Source: Bdellovibrionales bacterium (GTDB lineage: Bacteria; Bdellovibrionota; UBA1018; CAIMNF01). Taken from it: a stretch of 64,000 bases of DNA. The translations under genes and the position numbers were made by a program. Below, one piece after another: positions 57,870-64,000 of the stretch. The notes beneath the pieces were generated by a model that searched no databases, was not told the DNA's origin, and saw nothing but the letters and a program-made list of their open reading frames with translations. The stretch is taken from assembly GCA_040380025.1 (NCBI GenBank), contig JBEIJY010000004.1, forward strand, positions 32,001 through 96,000. The letters are read 5' to 3'. Within the stretch, counting starts at the first letter, position 1. Each line of letters begins with the position of its first letter.

Positions 57870-58811
57870 ATGCAGATTCTTCGTGTTCCGACGCATGAAC
57901 TTTCGGTTTTTCGAACGTTTGACGGGTACCCGATTCCGGAGTTCCTCGAGGTCCAAACCGCCTCGGCAACTCCCGCCTTGCTCGAGGAACTCCCCAACCT
58001 CGGGCTCGGCATCGTCGGTACCCGTCATCCCCAACAGCGCTCCCTGGAGCTTCTCGAAGCCTCGCTTCGAGGGCTCCGGGGCTCGCCCCTCGTGATTCTT
58101 TCGGGCTTTGCACGCGGAATCGACTCGGCCGCCCACTGGGGCGCGATTCAAAACGGACTGCGCACGATCGCGATTCTGGGATGCGGGATCGACATCGATT
58201 ACCCTCGCGAAAACCGCTTTCTTCGCGAGTCGATTCTTCGTGCGGGTGGAATGCTCCTCTCGCCCTTCGCCCGGGGAACGCCGCCGATGCCGCGGAATTT
58301 TCATGAGCGGAACGGCCTGATCGCGGGATTCTCGAAGGCGCTTTGGGTGGTCGAGGCGGCGGCGGTCTCGGGAACCCTGAATACCGCCTCGTGGGCGATG
58401 CGATTCAACCGGAACCTCTATGCGACCTCGTGCTTTCCGGCCGATCCGTTTTTTGAAGGGAACGAGAAGCTTTTGAGCCAGCGCAGGCCCGACGCGTACC
58501 CCGTGGCCGAGGGGTTCTTCGGGATTCATTCGCTCGAATCGACTTGGAGCGATCTCGGCAGCGCAGGAGGAATTCAAGAATCGCTTTCATTGGCGCACGA
58601 ACCGCTGACGCAGTTCCAGTCATGGGCGCTCGAGATCAAGCACGAGTTCGGCGAATGCCGGGTGCAGGCCCTTTGGGGTCGGGCGCTGGAGCAGGGGGTA
58701 GGAGCCGGGAGCTTTTATCTGGCGCTAGAGCGCGAGATCGAAGCGGGGCTCTTGCGGCGCGACCAGGACGGCCGGATCGAGGTGGTGCGGCGGCGGACGG
58801 ATGGCCGGTGA
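57870..58811 (+). CDS. dprA: DNA-processing protein DprA/Smf
   Basis: GIVGTR, SGFARGID.AAH, F.ERN.LIAG and VVEAA..SGTL.TA motifs. Confidence 0.9.
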   Translation: MQILRVPTHELSVFRTFDGYPIPEFLEVQTASATPALLEELPNLGLGIVGTRHPQQRSLELLEASLRGLRGSPLVILSGFARGIDSAAHWGAIQNGLRTIAILGCGIDIDYPRENRFLRESILRAGGMLLSPFARGTPPMPRNFHERNGLIAGFSKALWVVEAAAVSGTLNTASWAMRFNRNLYATSCFPADPFFEGNEKLLSQRRPDAYPVAEGFFGIHSLESTWSDLGSAGGIQESLSLAHEPLTQFQSWALEIKHEFGECRVQALWGRALEQGVGAGSFYLALEREIEAGLLRRDQDGRIEVVRRRTDGR

Positions 58812-58905
58812 GGGCGAGGCCGGACGACCCGGCTCGTAGGCTAAAACTCATTCTAGTATGGCGCTGTCCCTGTTTGAGGCATCAACTCACTCTAAATTTC
58901 GGCCG

Positions 58906-60105
58906 TCAGCGCCCCTCGCGAAAATCCGTCCGCTCGATCACGCCACCCTCGCATCGCCCGACCGCCTGCTGGATCGCGCGCTCGAGCTCGCCCAGATTCC
59001 CGGGCCACTCCTGCGCCAGAAGCCAGCTCATCGCGTCCTCCGAGCACGCCACCGCAGGAATCCCCCGCTTGCACGACGCCCGCTCGAGAAAGTACGGAAT
59101 GAAATCCGTACGAAGGTCGTCTTTTCGGTCCTTCAGCGGCTTCAGCAAGACCGGGAGCGCCGAGAGCTTGTAAAACAGCTCGACATGAAACGCCCCATCG
59201 CGCGCAAGAACGCCCACATCACGAACACTCGTGGCGATGATCCGCGCTCCGGCCGGAATACCCCTCACTCCCCCCACCCGCACGAAGGACTCGTTCTCGA
59301 GTGCCGTGAAGAGCTGGTTTTGCGCCTCGACCGACAGGGCGTCGACTTCTTCCAAAAACAAAGTTCCCGTTTGCGCGAGCTCGAGCGCACCGGGCTTCGA
59401 GAACCAGTGCATGGGGCCCGCGCCCTTTTCGACGCCGAACAGCTCGGTCGGCTGGAACACGGCGGGCACCGCCGCGCAGTTCAGCTGAAGAAACGGCTCG
59501 CGCGCGCGCACTGACTTGCGATGGATCTCGTGCGCGAGGCTTCGGGCTCCGGTACCGGCGGGCCCGGTCATCAGAACCGGCGCCTCGGAGCGCGAAGCGC
59601 GCTCGACCTCGGCACGAAGACTCGCGGCCTCGGGGCTTTTGCCAAAAAGCGGAATCGGGACCGGCCCCACCCCCGAAGCGCTCATCCACTCGGCTCCGGA
59701 TTTACCCATGAGCCCGCTCCCCGGCTCCCGGTTTCGGCGAATGCGGCTTTCGGAGGCCTTGCGCAGAATCCGGAACAGTTCCTCGTTCTGGAACGGCTTC
59801 AGCACGAAATCAAACGCGCCTTCGCGCATGGCCGCAACCGCGCGCTCGATCGTTCCGTAGGCCGTGATCAAGATCACCGGCAGATCGGGGGCGTAGCGTT
59901 TGCAATACGCGAGCACGTCCATGCCCGAGGCGTCCGGCATCTGAAGATCGGTGATCACGACATCGATCGACTCGGTCTGAAGCGCGGGCTTCGCCTCGTC
60001 CCATCCGGCGAACGAGAGCACATCATAGCCCTGCCGGGTCAGGGTCTCGTGGAGGATCGTCCGCAGATTAGGCTCGTCATCAATGATCAGGATCTGGTCG
60101 CGCAT
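58906..60105 (-). CDS. NtrC-like response regulator with degenerate sigma54-activator domain and no HTH
   Basis: Intact receiver domain (IDDE, TDLQMP, KPF). The AAA+ domain has GPAGTGAR, GAGPMH in place of GAFTGA, LEEV and WPGNLGEL, and the protein ends about 25 aa later. Confidence 0.85.
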   Translation of the reverse strand: MRDQILIIDDEPNLRTILHETLTRQGYDVLSFAGWDEAKPALQTESIDVVITDLQMPDASGMDVLAYCKRYAPDLPVILITAYGTIERAVAAMREGAFDFVLKPFQNEELFRILRKASESRIRRNREPGSGLMGKSGAEWMSASGVGPVPIPLFGKSPEAASLRAEVERASRSEAPVLMTGPAGTGARSLAHEIHRKSVRAREPFLQLNCAAVPAVFQPTELFGVEKGAGPMHWFSKPGALELAQTGTLFLEEVDALSVEAQNQLFTALENESFVRVGGVRGIPAGARIIATSVRDVGVLARDGAFHVELFYKLSALPVLLKPLKDRKDDLRTDFIPYFLERASCKRGIPAVACSEDAMSWLLAQEWPGNLGELERAIQQAVGRCEGGVIERTDFREGR

Positions 60106-62059
60106 CGGCATACTCCACCCTCACTTCGGTTCCTTGCCCGGCCTGCGAGCGGATCGAAACCCGCCCGCCGTCGAAGCGCACGAGCTTTTCGACGATCGAA
60201 AGCCCGAGTCCTGTTCCTTCCCGAAAAGAAGTAAAAAAAGGCTCAAACGCCCGGGCAAGGGCCTCTTCACTCATTCCGGTTCCGTTGTCGCTCACGATGA
60301 ATCCCGTGCGAAAGGTCAGAACCCGCACCACCGGATTGCTCCGATCGTGAAGTGCCTTCACGCTGTTCTGGATGAGGTTCATCAGCACCTGCCGGACGGA
60401 ATCGGGCGCCACCTCGGCCCGGACCGGGAACTCGCCCGGGTTCCATTCCAGCCGGATTCCGCCCGGAATCCCGGGCCGGATCTGCCCGATCACGGTCTCC
60501 ACCAGCGCATTCAAGTCGATGCGCTCGCGCGTTTCTTTTTGATCGCGCGAAAAATCGAGAAACTGAGTGACCAGCCGGTTCAAGCGATCGACCTCTTCGC
60601 GAATCACCTTCGTCCAGGGCCCCGAGCCGGGATCCAGAAGATCGGCCGCCCCGCGGATCGCACCCAAGGGGTTCCGGACCTCGTGGGCAAGGCCCGCCGC
60701 CATCTCGCCCAGAAGCACGAGCCGCTCGCGTTCGCGCGTCGCCTCGAGCTGAAGGATCCGCGAGGCATGGCCCGCGATCTCGTGCAAGATCTCGATCAGC
60801 AGGAACGACGCGTGCATTCCCAAAAACCCTTCGACGCCGATCCATCCCTCGATTTTTTCGGTACGGGCCACTTTTTCGGCCCGAACCACGGCGAAGGCGA
60901 TCGTCACGCGATTGGAGCGCAAAAACCGGATCAGCCGGTCGAGCTCGCGCCTCCGGGAGCGGATCAGCACCTGCTCCCGCTCGCGTTCGAGCGGCTCGCG
61001 CCATAACACGGGCGCTTGTTTTTCGTCCGAAAGGCGCTCGAAGTGGCGGAGAACCGCCTCGGGAAGAACCGATCCGCCCGCGGAATCGAGCACAAACCGC
61101 AGACCCGCAACCCCGTACTGCCGTGCGAGGAACTCGAGCGAGGCCTCCCGGAGCTCGTCTAGAGCTGTGATGCCCGGAAGCCGCAGGCGGAACTCCTCGA
61201 GCGCCCGAAGACGGGCTTCGGCATCGGTGCGGAACACGCTCCGCGCGAGATGGCGAAAGAACAGCAAGAGCGGGCTCCACAGGGCGAGCACCGCGAACGA
61301 AATCAAAAACGAGTTCAGCAGAAAAAGCGGAAAGCTCACACTGAAGTAGGAATACAAAAGCGCGAAGAATCCCGTGATGATGAGCGAGACCGTAAGGATG
61401 GCGAAGAAGCGCGAGACCAGCGCCTCGAGCCCCAGGATTTTACGCGGATGCAGGAGCTGGCTCAAAAAGAACAGATAAAGCGCGGCGAGAAGGTTCCCGA
61501 TCGAAGGAAGCACAAACCCGAGCGCGGGGACATGATCGAACGTGCAAAGCGAGAGCGTGAGCGCGAGTCCCGCATGCAGAAGCACCCGCCGTGAAACCGA
61601 AAGCGAACCGGCCCGGGTGGAGTCCGAACGCCAAAGATCGAGCCCGAGAATCTGCAAGTAACGGATCAAAATCAGCGTCGGAAAAAACAGCACGAGGGTT
61701 CGGAAGACCCCGGGCGTTCCGAGCGAGAACGCGATCATGAATCCGAGAACCGCGGCACCGGACACCGAGAGCCAAAACATCGGGCGTCCGAGACGATCCC
61801 GATCGCGGAGGAAGATCCGCGAGGCAAGCTCGAGCGCGAGCGGCACCAACAGGACATTGCAAAACAGGTGAATATCGTACGAAAGGCGCCCGGCGAGGGT
61901 CACATGCGAGACGAATCCGAGCGCCCAGACGGCGATGCAAAAACAGAGGGCTGCGAAGAGGATCGAGACCTTGTTCCGCCAGTCGCGGACGAGCGTCCAC
62001 CCGCCGAGCGAGAGGCTGATCAGCCCCAGAACCAAAGCCGTTTGCGCCAGGAGATTCAT
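60080..62059 (-). CDS. Sensor histidine kinase with multi-TM N-terminus
   Basis: LAHEVRNPLG H-box, NLIQN, DNGTG, PFFT and GTGLGL motifs. Confidence 0.93.
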   Translation of the reverse strand: MNLLAQTALVLGLISLSLGGWTLVRDWRNKVSILFAALCFCIAVWALGFVSHVTLAGRLSYDIHLFCNVLLVPLALELASRIFLRDRDRLGRPMFWLSVSGAAVLGFMIAFSLGTPGVFRTLVLFFPTLILIRYLQILGLDLWRSDSTRAGSLSVSRRVLLHAGLALTLSLCTFDHVPALGFVLPSIGNLLAALYLFFLSQLLHPRKILGLEALVSRFFAILTVSLIITGFFALLYSYFSVSFPLFLLNSFLISFAVLALWSPLLLFFRHLARSVFRTDAEARLRALEEFRLRLPGITALDELREASLEFLARQYGVAGLRFVLDSAGGSVLPEAVLRHFERLSDEKQAPVLWREPLEREREQVLIRSRRRELDRLIRFLRSNRVTIAFAVVRAEKVARTEKIEGWIGVEGFLGMHASFLLIEILHEIAGHASRILQLEATRERERLVLLGEMAAGLAHEVRNPLGAIRGAADLLDPGSGPWTKVIREEVDRLNRLVTQFLDFSRDQKETRERIDLNALVETVIGQIRPGIPGGIRLEWNPGEFPVRAEVAPDSVRQVLMNLIQNSVKALHDRSNPVVRVLTFRTGFIVSDNGTGMSEEALARAFEPFFTSFREGTGLGLSIVEKLVRFDGGRVSIRSQAGQGTEVRVEYADARPDPDH

Positions 62060-62719
62060 TCACGCCCCGAAGAACACGAAGGCGATCCAGAGGGCGAGTC
62101 CGCTCACGAGGGGAATCGAGAAGTTGTCGTCGATCTCGAGCGGGAGCATCTCGGCCCCGCCACCTGCGATTCCCCCGGCAAGCGAGATCAGCGCGGCATG
62201 CGAAGCCGGGTGCCCCGAATACAGCAAAAAGCAGAAGGTGATGAGGCAACAGATTCCCATGCCGGCGGCCGTACCGATCAGGGACTTGCCGTTTCCGAAG
62301 CGCGGCCCCAGGTGCCCCCAGGTGATCCCGAAGATTGACGAGATCGGATCCCCGATCGCCAAGAATAAAATCGAGAGAACCGCGATGTCCTTCGGGAAAA
62401 TCGCAACCGAGAGCAAGACCGAGCCCACATAGAAGGGGGTACCCGTGACCCGATTCACCTCGTTTTTACGCATGATCGGCCCCATGACCCGGATTGCGAA
62501 CGCATTCAGGCGGGGGAACAACAAGCGCGCGTATTCGGCCGTCAAAAAGAACGCAAGACCCGAGGCGAGGAGCAGGACGCAAACCCATTGGGGCGTTCCG
62601 AGTCCGTACACGAGGGCCATGAATACCCCCATGCCACAGTGCCAGATCTTTCGGGCCAGATGGAGGTCATTCCGAAGTCGGAGCCGCCAAGCGGGTGACG
62701 CTGGTTCGGTTTTAGACAT
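62060..62719 (-). CDS. CTP-dependent polyprenol/diacylglycerol kinase (SEC59/DGK1/VTE5 family)
   Basis: RKIWH, GDPISSIFG, KSLIGT and DDNFSIP motifs. Confidence 0.85.
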   Translation of the reverse strand: MSKTEPASPAWRLRLRNDLHLARKIWHCGMGVFMALVYGLGTPQWVCVLLLASGLAFFLTAEYARLLFPRLNAFAIRVMGPIMRKNEVNRVTGTPFYVGSVLLSVAIFPKDIAVLSILFLAIGDPISSIFGITWGHLGPRFGNGKSLIGTAAGMGICCLITFCFLLYSGHPASHAALISLAGGIAGGGAEMLPLEIDDNFSIPLVSGLALWIAFVFFGA

Positions 62720-62748
62720 GCGCCCTCAGTATACCGATCCAAACTTAC

Positions 62749-62776
62749 TTGACAATCCTGCCCTGTAAACTACCCT
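62749..62776 (+). promoter_or_regulatory. Sigma70-type promoter for the MinD/FlhG-like gene
   Basis: TTGACA-16-TACCCT. Confidence 0.55.
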
Positions 62777-62803
62777 GAAGAGAGGGCTGTTTTAACGAAA
62801 ATC

Positions 62804-63781
62804 ATGGCAGAACCGAATCATACGCTGAATCACGGACGATTTCTCTCGAAGCAGATCTGGGCCATCGGCGGCGGCAAAGGCGGCGTCGGGAAAAGCCTGA
62901 TCTCGTCGTCGATCGCATATTGTCTGGCGAAGCTCGGTCGATCGACCATCGCCATCGATCTCGACCTCGGGGGAGCGAACCTGCACACGGTTCTCGGGCA
63001 ACCCCCTCCTCGCAAGTGCGTCTCGGATTTTTTGAACGGCTCGACCGGACTCCTCGAGGAGTGCATCGTGCAAACGGAGTTTCCGAATTTGAGCCTGATC
63101 GGCGGCGCAAAAGACGACCTCCGCATCACCCAGGCCACCCCGGAGCGGATCCGGGCGCTGAAGGATGCGATCCGGAATCTGAATGCCGAGTTCGTGATCC
63201 TCGATCTCGGCGCAGGCACCAGCCCCTACACGATCGAATTCTTCAATCTCTCGGATGTCCGGATCATCACGACCCTGCCCGAGCCCACCTCGATCGAGAA
63301 CGCGTACCGGTTTTTGAAGACCGCCTATTATCAGAACTTTCTCGATCGCCCCGAGCTGGCCGCCCTTCGCCCGCTTGTGGAATCGGCGATGACCCCCGAT
63401 GGTCGCTCGGGCATCCGCTCGCCCCAGCAACTCCTGATCGAAGCGGGAAAAATCGACTCCCTCGTGGCCGACCGTCTCAAGGCGGCCATTCAGGAGTGGC
63501 GGGTGGCGCTCGTGCTGAATCAGTCGCGTTCGCAAATGGACATCGACATCGGGATTTCGATGAAGAGCGTCGCGAAGAAATACTTCGGAATCGAGCTCGA
63601 TTACCTCGGATTCGTGGAGTACGAGCCGAATGTATGGCAATCCGTACGAAAAATGCGGCCCATTCTTGCGGAATTTCCGGGCTCCCGGGTCGCGCTCCAT
63701 ATGGAACGAATCGTGAATTACCTGTTGAAACGTCCGAACATCGGGACTACTCTCGGCCAAAAGACCCATGCATCTGAATGA
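62804..63781 (+). CDS. MinD/FlhG/ParA-family P-loop ATPase
   Basis: GGKGGVGKS, DLDLGGANL, DLGAG and PEPTSIENAY motifs. Confidence 0.9.
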   Translation: MAEPNHTLNHGRFLSKQIWAIGGGKGGVGKSLISSSIAYCLAKLGRSTIAIDLDLGGANLHTVLGQPPPRKCVSDFLNGSTGLLEECIVQTEFPNLSLIGGAKDDLRITQATPERIRALKDAIRNLNAEFVILDLGAGTSPYTIEFFNLSDVRIITTLPEPTSIENAYRFLKTAYYQNFLDRPELAALRPLVESAMTPDGRSGIRSPQQLLIEAGKIDSLVADRLKAAIQEWRVALVLNQSRSQMDIDIGISMKSVAKKYFGIELDYLGFVEYEPNVWQSVRKMRPILAEFPGSRVALHMERIVNYLLKRPNIGTTLGQKTHASE

Positions 63782-64000
63782 CGGGCCGCTCAGCCTCTAT
63801 GATGTTCTCGAACTCACTCCCGATGCGACTCCGCAGGAGATCCGCTCGGCGTATTTGCGGCTGAAATCCGCCTACTCGAAAGACAGCGTCGCCCATTACA
63901 GCGTGTTTTCGCGCGAGGAAACCGAGCAACTGCTCCAGAACGTCGAAAACGCCTATCTTGTCCTCTCGAACCCCGAAAAAAGACGATCCTACGATGAAAC
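63768..64000 (+). CDS. J-domain-like protein lacking HPD, 3'-partial
   Basis: MHLNDGPLSLYDVLELTPDATPQEIRSAYLRLKSAYSKD...VENAYLVLSNPEKRRSYDE; runs off the end of the window. Confidence 0.75.
   Translation, partial: MHLNDGPLSLYDVLELTPDATPQEIRSAYLRLKSAYSKDSVAHYSVFSREETEQLLQNVENAYLVLSNPEKRRSYDE

Overview
A 64-kb chromosomal window from a roughly 58-60% GC (estimated by eye) Gram-negative bacterium. The gene content suggests Bdellovibrionota/Oligoflexia, which is an inference from the Tgt-MnmD fusion, Cys-containing SBBP beta-propellers, a GYF_2 protein, an MinD/FlhG plus J-like pair and a degenerate HD-GYP protein. Most of the window is housekeeping: tatA, hpt, tgt, rdgB, ridA, maeB, an RpoH-family sigma factor, rpsO-pnp, tmk-holB-mlaFFEED-lepB, glpD, aspS, sucAB-lpdA, dprA, a two-component pair and tRNA-Ser(GGA). 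No CRISPR array, intact IS or prophage was seen. Five observations stand out. (1) Three secreted 7-bladed Cys-containing SBBP-type propeller paralogues have divergent cores but share a palindromic operator/promoter, and two also share a 74/77-nt identical 3' element. (2) The 1.8-2.3 kb intergenic region holds two convergent, promoter-led, structured candidate ncRNAs meeting at one terminator. (3) An Mla/Mce transporter has two MlaF ATPases whose defects fall in the same composite ATP site, as in asymmetric ABC heterodimers. (4) A decayed islet at tRNA-Ser carries an att-like repeat, a wHTH gene with a tandem operator and a truncated partner gene. (5) Several enzymes and regulators have degenerate catalytic motifs. 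All calls come from reading motifs by eye; no searches were run.
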